The position numbers and the translations under genes are program-made. Of a stretch of 64,000 nt of DNA, positions 12,745 to 23,593 are shown one piece after another (position 1 is the first letter of the stretch; each line of letters begins with the position of its first letter). Under the pieces are notes generated by a model that had not been told where the DNA came from, did no database searches, and saw only the letters and a list, made by a program, of their open reading frames with translations. The stretch is from an uncultured Pelagibacteraceae bacterium. GTDB taxonomy: Bacteria; Pseudomonadota; Alphaproteobacteria; Pelagibacterales; Pelagibacteraceae. The stretch lies in contig CACKAY010000001.1 in NCBI GenBank assembly GCA_902598265.1, positions 77,511 to 141,510 of the forward strand. The letters run 5' to 3'.

Positions 12745-14494
12745 AAAAAATTTTTTAATTTTATTTTTTTTATTTTTCACTTCTATTGCTTATGCAGAAG
12801 AAAAACCAGTTGATATTTGGAATATAGATAAAAAAGAAATTGAAGAAAAAAATACAACCAACAATTCAGAAATCTCAAATGGGGAAAATATATTACAAGA
12901 TAGTATCGAGCCAAGTGTATTTGGAATGCAAAATCAAAATCAAAAATCAATTATTAATCTTGATGAAAAGTTTGATACAAAAGAAATTAAAATAATCGGA
13001 TTATATGACCCTGAAGACTATGGTCTCAATGTAGATATGTGGGCTAATTCAGATGGAGACCAATTAGAAAATTTGCTTACAAAACTAAATAAGATGGATC
13101 TTTCTAATGATGCAATTGAAATCATTAATACTTCACTCTTAATTAATGCTCATAGTCCCAAAAAAAATATATCAGATGATGAATTTCTAAAATTAAAGTC
13201 AGATTGGTTAATAAAAAACTCAAACCTAGATTTAATCGAAGAATATTTAATTCAAAATCAAATAATTAATTTACATCCAGAACTCACAAAACATCTTGTG
13301 GATGAACATCTCTCTAATTCAAAAATTGACAAAGCTTGCAGTGTTTTTTCAAAAAATAATGAATTAATTACAGACGAGTATTTATCCAAATTTAACATCT
13401 ATTGTTTGATTAAAAATAATAAAAAAGAGAAAGCACAATTAATTTTAGATTTAAAAAAAGAAACAGGCTTTAAAGATGAATATTTTGAAAAAAAAATAAA
13501 TTATTTACTAAAATACACAAAAAAAATAGATGATTCAGTATCTGAAAAATCAATATTTGATTTTTACTTAGCTCATCAAACAAATCCTAATTTTAATTTC
13601 GAACCTAACGATAAAACTAAAAAAATTATTTGGAAATATCTTTCATCTGCAAATTTACTAAGTTCATTTAAACAAATTGATGTTTCAGAAATTGAGAAAA
13701 TAGGAACTATAGAAAAAGCTGTTCATGATAAAAATTATCCAGAAAAAGAATTATTTAATTTATATAAAAGATTCCAATTTAATTTTAATCAACTTCTCAA
13801 TGCTCAAAATGAATATAAAAAACTCTCTAAAATTGAAGGGAGGGCTCTAATTTATCAGAAAATTTTACTCGAGTCAGAAATGGTAGAAAAATTAAAGTTA
13901 TTAAGAGTATTAAAAAATTCCTTTAAAGATGATGATTTAGACAAAGCGTTTGATTTAGAATTGAAAATCTTTCTCGAGAAAATTAATCCAGTAGATATAC
14001 CAGATAATTTAACAAGTTTTTATTATACAAATATTCAAATTGAAAAGGATGAAGATAAAAAGATAAAGTTTAACAATGATATAATGCATCAATCAAAACT
14101 AGTTAATTACTTTAACGGTGATTATGCTAGTTCCAAAATTTCTAAAGACACAAATAATTTTTTAAAAAAGATAAAAAAAAACAAAAAATATTTTCTATCT
14201 AAAAAAGATATTATATTTTTAGAGTCGTTGAAATATGATGGAATTGAAATTTCAGAAAAATATGATGATTTGTATCAAATTGATGAAAATGAAATTCCTA
14301 CAGACATACAAATTATGATTAATAATAGTGAAACTGGTTTAGCACTTTTGAGAATTGCTGAAGTGATTGGACAAGATGAAATTGACAGAATAGATGAAGA
14401 TACAATTTATTTTATAATAACAGCTCTCAATAAGCTTAATATTGATTGGATGAGAAATAAGATATTGCTTAAAGTTCTTCCTTTAAAAGTTTAA
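12719..14494 (+). CDS. Exported or membrane-anchored hypothetical protein
   Basis: 591 aa ORF with a signal-peptide-like N-terminus and a GLYDP..GL...MW motif. No function recognised. Confidence 0.75.
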   Translation: MKILKLLNKKNFLILFFLFFTSIAYAEEKPVDIWNIDKKEIEEKNTTNNSEISNGENILQDSIEPSVFGMQNQNQKSIINLDEKFDTKEIKIIGLYDPEDYGLNVDMWANSDGDQLENLLTKLNKMDLSNDAIEIINTSLLINAHSPKKNISDDEFLKLKSDWLIKNSNLDLIEEYLIQNQIINLHPELTKHLVDEHLSNSKIDKACSVFSKNNELITDEYLSKFNIYCLIKNNKKEKAQLILDLKKETGFKDEYFEKKINYLLKYTKKIDDSVSEKSIFDFYLAHQTNPNFNFEPNDKTKKIIWKYLSSANLLSSFKQIDVSEIEKIGTIEKAVHDKNYPEKELFNLYKRFQFNFNQLLNAQNEYKKLSKIEGRALIYQKILLESEMVEKLKLLRVLKNSFKDDDLDKAFDLELKIFLEKINPVDIPDNLTSFYYTNIQIEKDEDKKIKFNNDIMHQSKLVNYFNGDYASSKISKDTNNFLKKIKKNKKYFLSKKDIIFLESLKYDGIEISEKYDDLYQIDENEIPTDIQIMINNSETGLALLRIAEVIGQDEIDRIDEDTIYFIITALNKLNIDWMRNKILLKVLPLKV

Positions 14495-14515
14495 AAATTA
14501 GTTTAATTATTTATT

Positions 14516-15037
14516 ATGCTTAAAGAAATTGTTACTGTTCCAGATGAAATATTAAAAAAAATATCCGATCCAATTGAAAAAGTTGGAATAAATGAAAAAA
14601 AATTAATTAAAGACTTATTTGAAACAATGTACCACTCCAACGGAATTGGTCTTGCTGCAGTTCAAGTAGGTATACTAAAAAGAGTTTTAGTTGTTGACGT
14701 TTCAAATAAGGATGAAGAAAATCAACCAATAGCATTAATCAATCCTGTAATAAAAAACTTAAGCGAAGAGACATCGGTGTACGAAGAGGGTTGTCTATCA
14801 ATACCTGAAACTTTTATAGAAATTGAGAGACCAAAAATTTGTGAGGTGGAATATATTGACGAAAAGGGAGAGAAGAAAAATCTTAAATGTGATGGGCTTT
14901 TATCTACTTGTATTCAACATGAAATAAATCATTTAGATGGAAAATTAATTATTGACCATTTATCAAAATTAAAGAAAGATTTTATTATAAAAAAAATTTC
15001 AAAAATTAAAAAAAATCCAGACAGAATAGTAGTTTAA
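14516..15037 (+). CDS. def: Peptide deformylase
   Basis: GIGLAAVQVG, EGCLS, QHEINHLDG. Confidence 0.97.
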   Translation: MLKEIVTVPDEILKKISDPIEKVGINEKKLIKDLFETMYHSNGIGLAAVQVGILKRVLVVDVSNKDEENQPIALINPVIKNLSEETSVYEEGCLSIPETFIEIERPKICEVEYIDEKGEKKNLKCDGLLSTCIQHEINHLDGKLIIDHLSKLKKDFIIKKISKIKKNPDRIVV

Positions 15038-15039
15038 AG

Positions 15040-15972
15040 ATGGCAAATAAGATTATCTTTATGGGTACACCAATATTTTGTGTTCCTATCTTAAAATCTC
15101 TATATCAAAATGGTTATAATATTTCTGTGGTTTTTACTCAACCACCGCAAAAATCTCATAGAGGACAAAAAATTAACAAAAGTCCGATTCAGGGTATCTC
15201 TGAAACTTTAAATATAGATTATAGAACACCCAAGACACTTAAAGATAATCATGAGGAGTATGAATTTTTAAAAGAATTAAATGCCGATCTTGCAATAGTG
15301 TGTGCATATGGACAAATAATTCCTGAAAATTTTTTAAACCTAACTAAAAAAGGTTTTGTAAATATTCACGCCTCAATTCTTCCAAGTTGGCGAGGCGCAG
15401 CGCCAATCCAGAGATCAATTATGAATTTAGATCCTGAAACGGGCATAAGTATTATGAAGATCAAAAAAGAATTGGATAGCGGACCAGTTAGTAATATTTA
15501 TAAAATCAAAATAGATCAAAACCAAAATGCTCAAGAAATTTCAGAAAAACTATCCGCTTTAGCTGCTGAAAAAATTTTAGATAATGTGGATGATATACTT
15601 GAAGATAAGGCGAAGTTTATTGATCAGGATCATTCAAAAGCTACTTATGCAAAAAAAATTGATAAGGAGGAGTCACGGATTGATTGGGACGAGGATGCCT
15701 CTAAAATAATTGGAAAAATAAATGGATTATTTCCCTCCCCAGGTGCTTCTTTTAGTTTTAATGGCGAAAGATATAAAATTTTGAAAGCCGAAATTGGTAA
15801 TGGCATAGGTCAAGTTGGAGAAATAATTTCAAATCAGCTGGAAGTAGCATGTAATAAAAACCAATCTATTAAGATTCTTGAAATTCAAAGACAAGGAAAA
15901 AGACCACAAAAAATAAGCGAATTCATGTTGGGCTCTCAAATTAAAAAGGGCTCAAAGTTATCAAATGTTTAG
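15040..15972 (+). CDS. fmt: Methionyl-tRNA formyltransferase
   Basis: FMGTP, NIHASILPSWRGAAPIQR, LDSG. Follows def. Confidence 0.96.
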   Translation: MANKIIFMGTPIFCVPILKSLYQNGYNISVVFTQPPQKSHRGQKINKSPIQGISETLNIDYRTPKTLKDNHEEYEFLKELNADLAIVCAYGQIIPENFLNLTKKGFVNIHASILPSWRGAAPIQRSIMNLDPETGISIMKIKKELDSGPVSNIYKIKIDQNQNAQEISEKLSALAAEKILDNVDDILEDKAKFIDQDHSKATYAKKIDKEESRIDWDEDASKIIGKINGLFPSPGASFSFNGERYKILKAEIGNGIGQVGEIISNQLEVACNKNQSIKILEIQRQGKRPQKISEFMLGSQIKKGSKLSNV

Positions 15973-16705
15973 GTATCAAATATTAATTGAATATGAGGGC
16001 ACTAATTTTAGGGGGTGGCAAATTCAAAAAAAAGGAAAAACTGTCCAGGGGTTATTACAAGAGAAAATTTCAAAACTTTTAAAAGAAAAAATTATAATAT
16101 ATGGGGCTGGAAGATTAGATGTTGGTGTACATGCCAAAGAACAGTCAGCACATTTTGATTGTAAAAATAAAATTATCAAAATTGATAGGTTTTTAAAATC
16201 AATCAATCATTTTTTAAATAAAGATGGAATAGCAATACTTAAAATTACAAAAAGAGGTAATAATTTTCATGCTAGATTTTCAGCTAAAATGAGAGTTTAT
16301 AATTATGTGATTATTAATCGGATTAGTGGACCAGTTTTAGATAAAAATAGAGGCTGGCATATTATAAAAGATCTTGATTTAAAATTGATGAAAGGCGCTG
16401 CAAGAAAATTGATTGGTACTAAAGATTTCAGTACTTTTAGAAAATCGAGTTGTAGGGCTAAAAGTCCAATAAAGACTATGAAATCTGTAAAAATTAGATC
16501 TACAAAAAATAAGATTGAAATAGAATTCAGATCTCAATCTTTCTTACAACAACAAGTTCGGTCTATGGTTGGTTGTTTAAAATATGTTGGGGAAGAAAAA
16601 TGGACATTAAAAAGATTTGTAAATGTAATGCAGTCTAAAAAAAGAGAATTATGTGCTCCACCTGCACCACCTCAAGGTCTCTATTTAACGAGAGTTATTT
16701 ATTAA
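15965..16705 (+). CDS. truA: tRNA pseudouridine(38-40) synthase
   Basis: YEGTNFRGWQ, GRLDVGVHA (catalytic Asp retained), FHARF, APPQGLYL. Confidence 0.94.
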   Translation: MFRYQILIEYEGTNFRGWQIQKKGKTVQGLLQEKISKLLKEKIIIYGAGRLDVGVHAKEQSAHFDCKNKIIKIDRFLKSINHFLNKDGIAILKITKRGNNFHARFSAKMRVYNYVIINRISGPVLDKNRGWHIIKDLDLKLMKGAARKLIGTKDFSTFRKSSCRAKSPIKTMKSVKIRSTKNKIEIEFRSQSFLQQQVRSMVGCLKYVGEEKWTLKRFVNVMQSKKRELCAPPAPPQGLYLTRVIY

Positions 16706-17179
16706 TTTTTTTTTATTACTCATCGCAAATTTACGTTTTATTCGCCATCTACTTTCCTCACGAATTATAAAACCACAACAATTTTTTGATTTACATTTAC
16801 AAGGAAATTGCTTGTAATCTTCTTTATCAAAACTAAAACCATAATCACAAGTTATCTCTTCGCCTTTCTTAATATCTCTATCAGCTGTTATCCAAATTTT
16901 TAAACCCTTACCATCATATCGTGCGTTCGCATCACAACTATGATTTACTAATCCAGCAATGTTAAATGAAAAATCACCGTCCAAAGTAAATCTTTTATTT
17001 AGAGTAAATAGATAAATAGGTTTTTTATTGTCATATTTGTCTGACTCTTCAACTTCTTTATTTGTAATAATTTTTCCTAAGTAATTAATAATTTTTGTAC
17101 CTTCTTTGATATTTTTAGTAGCATAAAGTCCACGACCTTTATTATCAATTTTTGATTTTCTTATTTTATATAGTTTCAT
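16685..17179 (-). CDS. SET-domain protein-lysine methyltransferase with post-SET cysteines
   Basis: GRGLYA, NHSCDAN, IKKGEEITCDYG, post-SET CKCKSKNC. Confidence 0.92.
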   Translation of the reverse strand: MKLYKIRKSKIDNKGRGLYATKNIKEGTKIINYLGKIITNKEVEESDKYDNKKPIYLFTLNKRFTLDGDFSFNIAGLVNHSCDANARYDGKGLKIWITADRDIKKGEEITCDYGFSFDKEDYKQFPCKCKSKNCCGFIIREESRWRIKRKFAMSNKKKLINNSR

Positions 17180-17209
17180 GGAGTCGACTTATGATGGGTT
17201 AGATATTAA

Positions 17210-18133
17210 TCAATTGAATTCTACCAATGCATTAACATGTTCGTTAGCGCTTTCTGCTAAAGCATTTAAATCATATCCACCTTCAAGTATAGAAACAACT
17301 TTACCCGCAGTAAATTTATTGGTAGCTGCTAATGTTCTTTTAGTAATTTCATAAAAATCTTTTGAACTAAGTTGAAATTGAGCTAATGGATCATCTTTAT
17401 GTGCATCAAAACCTGCTGAAAATATGAGAAAATCTGGTTTATATTGAACTAATCTTTCTAACACCCTATCAAATGCATTAAAGTATTCTTCTGAGTTCGT
17501 CCCAGCGGGCAAAGGGATATTCAATGAATTATTAAAGTCTCCTTTATCTTTATCTGTTCCACCCCCAGGATAAAAAGGATATTGGTGCGTAGAAATATAT
17601 AATGAATTTTTATTATTACGCATGACATCATAATTTCCATTACCCCAGTGCACGTCAAAATCTACACAGGCAATTCTTTTGTATTTATATTTTGACACTA
17701 AATAGTTTGTTGCTACTCCCGCGTTTGATATACAACAAAATCCCATAGCTTTATTTTTTTCAGCATGGTGCCCAGGTGGTCTAGCCAAACAGAATGCATT
17801 TTTAAATTGTTTACTCTCTATTCCATCTATTGCTCTTATTGTTGAACCAGCAGCATCAAAAACTGCTTTTTTACTTTCAGGCGATACAACGGTATCGCCA
17901 TCTAGAAACTTAAGGCCTTTTTGAGGAAAAGAATCTTTTAAATTATTTATATAGTCTTTTGAATGTGTCATAGACAATATATCATCAGGAACATTATCTG
18001 GCTTATCCCAGATTAGGTCTTTTCTTTTTTTTAATTTTTCTTTTATAGCAATTACTCTTTTTGGCTGCTCAGGATGACCATCGCCAGTGTTATGTTTCTC
18101 ATAGGTGTCGGAATTTATGATCGCTGTTTTCAT
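17210..18133 (-). CDS. Zn-dependent histone deacetylase family protein
   Basis: HPEQPKR, RPPGHHA, GFC, DFDVHWGNG, SAGFDAH, LEGGY. Confidence 0.92.
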   Translation of the reverse strand: MKTAIINSDTYEKHNTGDGHPEQPKRVIAIKEKLKKRKDLIWDKPDNVPDDILSMTHSKDYINNLKDSFPQKGLKFLDGDTVVSPESKKAVFDAAGSTIRAIDGIESKQFKNAFCLARPPGHHAEKNKAMGFCCISNAGVATNYLVSKYKYKRIACVDFDVHWGNGNYDVMRNNKNSLYISTHQYPFYPGGGTDKDKGDFNNSLNIPLPAGTNSEEYFNAFDRVLERLVQYKPDFLIFSAGFDAHKDDPLAQFQLSSKDFYEITKRTLAATNKFTAGKVVSILEGGYDLNALAESANEHVNALVEFN

Positions 18134-19287
18134 TTAAAATAATTTATTAAAATGTTTTCATAAATTTTCTTAAGATTTTTTAAATCTTTTAAAGATACAG
18201 CTTCATCAACTTTATGCATTGTTTTTCCAACAAGCCCAAATTCTAATCCAGGTGATATTTTTCTTATGAATCTTAAATCTGAGGTTCCACCTGTAGTAGA
18301 TAGCTTTGGTTTAATTTTGGTAACTTTTTTTATGATATTTTGTATCATGTGTGTTGTTTCGTTTGGCTTTGTTAGAAATGCCTCGCCTGAAACTCTATAA
18401 TCAATTTTAAATTTTGATTTATTTTTCTTGGTTATTTTTTTAAAAATTTTATTAAGTCTATTTTTAATAGAATTTGACGAATGTTTATTATTAAACCTTA
18501 TATTAAATGTTGCCTCAGCCATAGCCGGAATAACATTATCAGCGTTATTATTTATATTTATTTTTGTAACCTCTAAGTTTGTAGGTTGGAAGTTTTTTGA
18601 TCCTCTATCAAATTTAATATCTTTTAATTCTTTTAAAATATTTACAATTATAGTTGAGGGATTATTAGCTCTATGAGGATATGCAACATGGCCTTGCTGA
18701 CCAAAAATATTTAATTTACCAGTTAAACTACCCCTACGTCCAATCTTTATCATTTCGCCTAATTTATTTGGATTTGTTGGTTCACCAACAAGACAAAAGT
18801 TAATTTTCTCTTTTCTTTTTTTTAAATAATCTACAACTTTTTTGGTGCCATTTACCGCATCACCTTCTTCATCTCCTGTAATAAGTAAACTTATTGACCC
18901 GTTGAATTTTTCATTTTTTGATAAAAAGGTACTTACAGCAGACACAAAAGCTGCAACAGAGCTTTTCATATCATTTGCACCTCTCCCAATTAAATGGCCT
19001 TTTTTGATAGATGGTTTAAACGGATTTAATGTCCAATCCTTAATGTTTCCTGGAGGGACAATATCAACATGTCCTGCAAACATAAAATTTGGCTCCTTAG
19101 ATCCTAATCTTGCATATAAGTTTTTCACAGGTTGAAATCCTTTTTCTTTAAATTCTAGTATTTTTGTTTTGAAACCAAGTTTTTTTAATTTTTTTTCTAA
19201 AAATTTCATTATTCCCGCATCAATTGGAGTGATGGAAGGAAATCTGATTAGCTCTTTAGCTAATTTTAACTCATTTAAAGTTTTCAT
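18130..19287 (-). CDS. dapE: Succinyl-diaminopimelate desuccinylase
   Basis: AGHVDIVP, GRGANDMK, GDEEG, GRRGS, GHVAYP, GGTSD, HKVDE. Confidence 0.95.
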   Translation of the reverse strand: MKTLNELKLAKELIRFPSITPIDAGIMKFLEKKLKKLGFKTKILEFKEKGFQPVKNLYARLGSKEPNFMFAGHVDIVPPGNIKDWTLNPFKPSIKKGHLIGRGANDMKSSVAAFVSAVSTFLSKNEKFNGSISLLITGDEEGDAVNGTKKVVDYLKKRKEKINFCLVGEPTNPNKLGEMIKIGRRGSLTGKLNIFGQQGHVAYPHRANNPSTIIVNILKELKDIKFDRGSKNFQPTNLEVTKININNNADNVIPAMAEATFNIRFNNKHSSNSIKNRLNKIFKKITKKNKSKFKIDYRVSGEAFLTKPNETTHMIQNIIKKVTKIKPKLSTTGGTSDLRFIRKISPGLEFGLVGKTMHKVDEAVSLKDLKNLKKIYENILINYFK

Positions 19288-19289
19288 TT

Positions 19290-20117
19290 TTAGTCTCTTA
19301 AGAGGTCGTTAATAGAAGTTTTAGATCTTGTTTTTTCATCAACTTGTTTAATTATTACTGCACAATACAAGGAGGGTGCAGAAGAATTATTTTTATCAGG
19401 CAACGAGCCCGGAACTACAACTGAATAAGGCGGTATTTTACCATAGGTGATTTTCCCAGTTTTTCTCTCAACTATTTTAGTTGATTGACCAATATACATA
19501 CCCATACTTAAAACTGAACCTTCACCAACAATTACACCTTCAACTACCTCTGACATCGCTCCAAGAAATACATTATCCTCTATGATTGTTGGTAAAGCTT
19601 GCGCTGGTTCTAGAACTCCACCAACACCCGAACCTGCAGAAATATGGCAATTCTTACCTATCTGACAACAACTACCGGCTCTTGCAAAAGTATCTATCAT
19701 TGTTCCCTCGTCAATATATGCTCCAATGTTTACATAACATGGCATAAGAACAGCATTTTTTCCGACAAATGAACCTTTTCTTACCGGTGAGTTCGGAACC
19801 ATTCTAAAACCTGCTTTTTCATGATCAATTTTGGTCCATCCTGCAGTTTTACCTTTTAGTAAATGTGATTTATCATACCAACTACTATAAGGACCATTTA
19901 AATTTTCCATTGGGTAAATTCTAAAACTTAACATTATAGCTTTCTTAAGGTGCTGATGAGTTACCCATTCTCCATTTATTTTCTCAGCAACTCTTGATTT
20001 ACCACTATCTAAATCTGCAATAACTTGGTTAATAGCATCTTTTAAATTTTGATCAGAATTTTGGTTCACATGATCTTTATTTTCCCAAGCATCATTGATT
20101 ATTTTTTCTAAAGACAT
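19290..20117 (-). CDS. dapD: Tetrahydrodipicolinate N-succinyltransferase
   Basis: [41 protein letters not shown]. Confidence 0.96.
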   Translation of the reverse strand: MSLEKIINDAWENKDHVNQNSDQNLKDAINQVIADLDSGKSRVAEKINGEWVTHQHLKKAIMLSFRIYPMENLNGPYSSWYDKSHLLKGKTAGWTKIDHEKAGFRMVPNSPVRKGSFVGKNAVLMPCYVNIGAYIDEGTMIDTFARAGSCCQIGKNCHISAGSGVGGVLEPAQALPTIIEDNVFLGAMSEVVEGVIVGEGSVLSMGMYIGQSTKIVERKTGKITYGKIPPYSVVVPGSLPDKNNSSAPSLYCAVIIKQVDEKTRSKTSINDLLRD

Positions 20118-20119
20118 AA

Positions 20120-20809
20120 TTAATTACTTTTTAATAGCCTTATTTCTTTTAGAAATAAAGACAGATTTTCAATTTTGTGTGAAATAAAATCTTTGTCTGC
20201 ATCCATTTTTCCAAAATGCTCATCATTAATTAACCAAACAGTTGTACAACCTCGTTCGTGACCAATACTTAAATTTTTAGCTATATCTTCAATGTAAATA
20301 GTCTCTTTTGGATTTATACCAAATTTTTTTACCATTAAGTCGAAGGTTTCTGCTTCTGGTTTGGGTACATAACCAGCGTCTTTAATATCAAAAACCTTAT
20401 CTCTTCCAAACAAATCATACACACCCAAGTGAGTTAAAATATTAGCAGCATGTTCAGCACTACCATTGGTGAAGATAAATTTTTCCATATCTAATTGTTT
20501 AAGCTCATTTCTCATAATTTTATCTTCTTTCATAAATGATAAATCAATTTCATGGACGTAAGATAAAAATTCATCTGGTGATATTCCATTATGGACCATT
20601 AATCCTCTTAATGATGTATTATATTTATAGAAATAATTTGTTTGTAATTCTTTAGCTTTATCTTTATCAATTTTAAGTTTTTCAGATATAAATTGAGTCA
20701 TCCTCTTTGAAACTTGACCAAATACACGCTCTAAAGAATAGTTATTGTGCTTTCCATAACAAACACCATCAAGATCAAGTAGCAGATATTTTTTTTCTTT
20801 TAAGTTCAT
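20120..20809 (-). CDS. Pyrimidine 5'-nucleotidase-like HAD hydrolase
   Basis: [19 protein letters not shown]. Start at 20809 overlaps the argB stop. Confidence 0.85.
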   Translation of the reverse strand: MNLKEKKYLLLDLDGVCYGKHNNYSLERVFGQVSKRMTQFISEKLKIDKDKAKELQTNYFYKYNTSLRGLMVHNGISPDEFLSYVHEIDLSFMKEDKIMRNELKQLDMEKFIFTNGSAEHAANILTHLGVYDLFGRDKVFDIKDAGYVPKPEAETFDLMVKKFGINPKETIYIEDIAKNLSIGHERGCTTVWLINDEHFGKMDADKDFISHKIENLSLFLKEIRLLKSN

Positions 20810-21654
20810 TTTCTTATTAATGTACCTGATCCCTTGTCTGAGAAAATTTCCCATAAACAAGAATGCTGTTTTGTACCATTAATTATACCTGCTGCTGTAA
20901 CTCCATTATTAACAGCATCTAGACAAGCACTTATTTTAGGTATCATTCCTTCAGTAATTGTCTCGTCTTTTAGCATCTCTAATATTTCTGATGAGGATAT
21001 TTCATCTATGAGTTTTTTTTCTTTATTTAAAACACCATCAACATTTGTCATCAATAGTAATCTCCTTGATTTGACAGATTTGGCTACAGCCATTGCCGCA
21101 GTATCACCATTAATATTATGTGTTTGATTATTTTTATCTAAGCCTAATGGTGAAATAATCGGTATTTTATTTTGTTGAATTATATTCAATAAAATATCGT
21201 TATTGATCTTATTTGGTAGGCCAACAAAACCCAGTTCTTTTGCTTCTGGTACGACTTCAATAATATTATCTTTTTTTGTGTGAATGGAAACTGCTTCTGT
21301 ATTTTTTTTGTCCAAAGAGCTAACAATATCATTGTTAAAATCTATTAAGACTGACTCAACAATGTTTATAATTTTTTCATCAGTGACTCTTAGCCCTCTT
21401 ATAAATTTCGATTGAATATTAGATTTATCTAACTCTCTCTTGATTCTTGGACCTCCACCATGAACTACAATAACTGAAAGACCTAATTTATTTAAAATAC
21501 TTAAATCAGTAATAAAATTATCAAAGATATTTCTATCAATTAAAACATTTCCTCCATATTTAATGACTATCAAGTCATTTTTATATTTTTCTATATATTT
21601 ATTAACCTCGTTTACTGGAGGTCCGTTTTCAGGAAGAATTTTTTTTAAGTCCAT
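20806..21654 (-). CDS. argB: Acetylglutamate kinase
   Basis: VIKYGG, VHGGGP, GLRVTD, NINGD, GMIPKI, GSGT. Confidence 0.95.
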   Translation of the reverse strand: MDLKKILPENGPPVNEVNKYIEKYKNDLIVIKYGGNVLIDRNIFDNFITDLSILNKLGLSVIVVHGGGPRIKRELDKSNIQSKFIRGLRVTDEKIINIVESVLIDFNNDIVSSLDKKNTEAVSIHTKKDNIIEVVPEAKELGFVGLPNKINNDILLNIIQQNKIPIISPLGLDKNNQTHNINGDTAAMAVAKSVKSRRLLLMTNVDGVLNKEKKLIDEISSSEILEMLKDETITEGMIPKISACLDAVNNGVTAAGIINGTKQHSCLWEIFSDKGSGTLIRK

Positions 21655-21674
21655 TAATTTATTTAAATTAAAAT

Positions 21675-23354
21675 TTAGGTTGTCGTTTTGACTGTTGTTC
21701 TTCTCATAATAAATACTTGCTGAGCCATTGTTAAAATATTATTAACAGTCCAGTAAATAACTAACCCACTTGGGAATGGTGCGAGTATTACAGTTAAGAA
21801 AAGCGGGAAGAAAGCAAAAATTTTAGCCTGCATTGGATCAGTAGGTGCGGGATTTAATTTTTGTTGCACCCACATTGAAACTCCCATTGCTAGTGGCCAA
21901 GCCCCAATAACCAAGAAACTTGGAACGTCGTAAGGCAACAAACCAAAAATATTAAATATACTTGTAGGATCTCTCTCACTTAAATCATGAATCCATCCAT
22001 AGAATGGCATTTGTCTCATTTCAATAGTGACAAACAAAACTTTATATAATGCAAAAAATACAGGTATTTGAACAAGAATTGGCAAACAACCTGACATAGG
22101 GTTTACTTTTTCCTTTTTGTAAAGAGCCATCATTTCTTGTTGAAGTTTCATTTTATCATTTTTATGCAACTCTTTTAGGCGAACCATTTCTGGTTGAAGA
22201 ACTTTCATTTTTGCCATGCTTTTAAATGAAAAGTTAGCTAATGGGAAAAAAACTAAACGAATACAAATAGTGATAGCTATAATTGCCAAACCATAGTTTC
22301 CAAGTAGTTTAAAGAAATAATCAATTCCATAAAATAGAGGCTTGGTTATGAAGTATAAAAATCCCCAATCAATAACTAAATCAAATTTATCTATGTTGAG
22401 TTTTTCAGCATATCCGTCTATCACATCCACTCTTTTTGCCGCAACGATAATTTGTAATTCTTCTTCAATTGAACTTTTTTCATTTAATGCCAAAGGATCT
22501 GTAGAAATAAAATTTGCTCTAAATTTATTTTTATAGTCGAATGTTGTTTTAAACTCTTTATCTTTTGGTGGTATTAAGGAAGTAATCCAATATTTATCAC
22601 TTATCCCTAACCACCCTTTATTAGCTATTTTAGTAAACTTCTTTTCCTGAACATCATCATAATCCTCCTCTATTAATTCATCATCCAAAGTTGCAATGAG
22701 TCCTTCATGAAGAATTAAAAAATCAATTATTTCCGGAATTTCATTTCTTATTATTTGTCCATATGAGTAAAAATCATATTTATTATTACTCTCATTAATT
22801 ATCTTTTGTTTAACAGTAAAAAGATATTTATCATCTAACGATATTATTTTTTCAAATTTTAGACCCTGTTCGTTGGACCATGATAGTTTTATTGGAGACC
22901 CGTCTGTGAGTTTGTTATTACCTTCTATTGACCAAATTGTATCTGAGTTAGGAACATCAATATTTTTATCAGAAGTAACAAAACCACTATCTATTAGATA
23001 TCCCTCCTTAATATTTCGAGGTCCTAATAAAGTTACTCTTTGTTCATTATCGAGGGTTACTTTATAATTTTTGAAAGTTAAATCATCAATTGATGCACCT
23101 TTTAATGATATTGAACCTATAATATTATCATTTTCAAATTGAATTCTTTCACTTTCTTTTAATGCATCATCTCGTGAAATTGTAATTTGTGTTTCCTTTT
23201 GCTCTAAACTTGGTGCATCACCGCTTTGTTCAATTTTTTCTTTTTCAACAATGTTTTGATCCACTGTTGATTTCTCTGGAACAAAGAATAATGCCCACAA
23301 AACAATTACAGCAGATGATAAAGCTATAGCCGCTATTGTATTTTTAGAGTCCAT
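21675..23354 (-). CDS. yidC: Membrane protein insertase YidC
   Basis: IDWG, KVNPMSGCLP, WIHDLS, GLVIYW. Confidence 0.96.
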   Translation of the reverse strand: MDSKNTIAAIALSSAVIVLWALFFVPEKSTVDQNIVEKEKIEQSGDAPSLEQKETQITISRDDALKESERIQFENDNIIGSISLKGASIDDLTFKNYKVTLDNEQRVTLLGPRNIKEGYLIDSGFVTSDKNIDVPNSDTIWSIEGNNKLTDGSPIKLSWSNEQGLKFEKIISLDDKYLFTVKQKIINESNNKYDFYSYGQIIRNEIPEIIDFLILHEGLIATLDDELIEEDYDDVQEKKFTKIANKGWLGISDKYWITSLIPPKDKEFKTTFDYKNKFRANFISTDPLALNEKSSIEEELQIIVAAKRVDVIDGYAEKLNIDKFDLVIDWGFLYFITKPLFYGIDYFFKLLGNYGLAIIAITICIRLVFFPLANFSFKSMAKMKVLQPEMVRLKELHKNDKMKLQQEMMALYKKEKVNPMSGCLPILVQIPVFFALYKVLFVTIEMRQMPFYGWIHDLSERDPTSIFNIFGLLPYDVPSFLVIGAWPLAMGVSMWVQQKLNPAPTDPMQAKIFAFFPLFLTVILAPFPSGLVIYWTVNNILTMAQQVFIMRRTTVKTTT

Positions 23355-23593
23355 TATTTTTTAACTTTTATTTCTTTTTTTACGGGATCAATTCCACCTT
23401 CTTTAAAAGGGTGGCATGAAAGAATTCTTTTTAAACTTAAATATCCACCCTTAAAAAAACCATAAGTTTTTAATGCTTCAATGCTATAATCGGAACAAGA
23501 TGGAAAGTACCTACAAGAGTTACCAAGTAATGGACTTATTAGGTATTTGTAACCCTGAATTAATTTTATAAATATAATTATAAAAATGTTCAT
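23354..23593 (-). CDS. yidD: Membrane protein insertion efficiency factor
   Basis: [23 protein letters not shown]. Confidence 0.95.
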   Translation of the reverse strand: MNIFIIIFIKLIQGYKYLISPLLGNSCRYFPSCSDYSIEALKTYGFFKGGYLSLKRILSCHPFKEGGIDPVKKEIKVKK

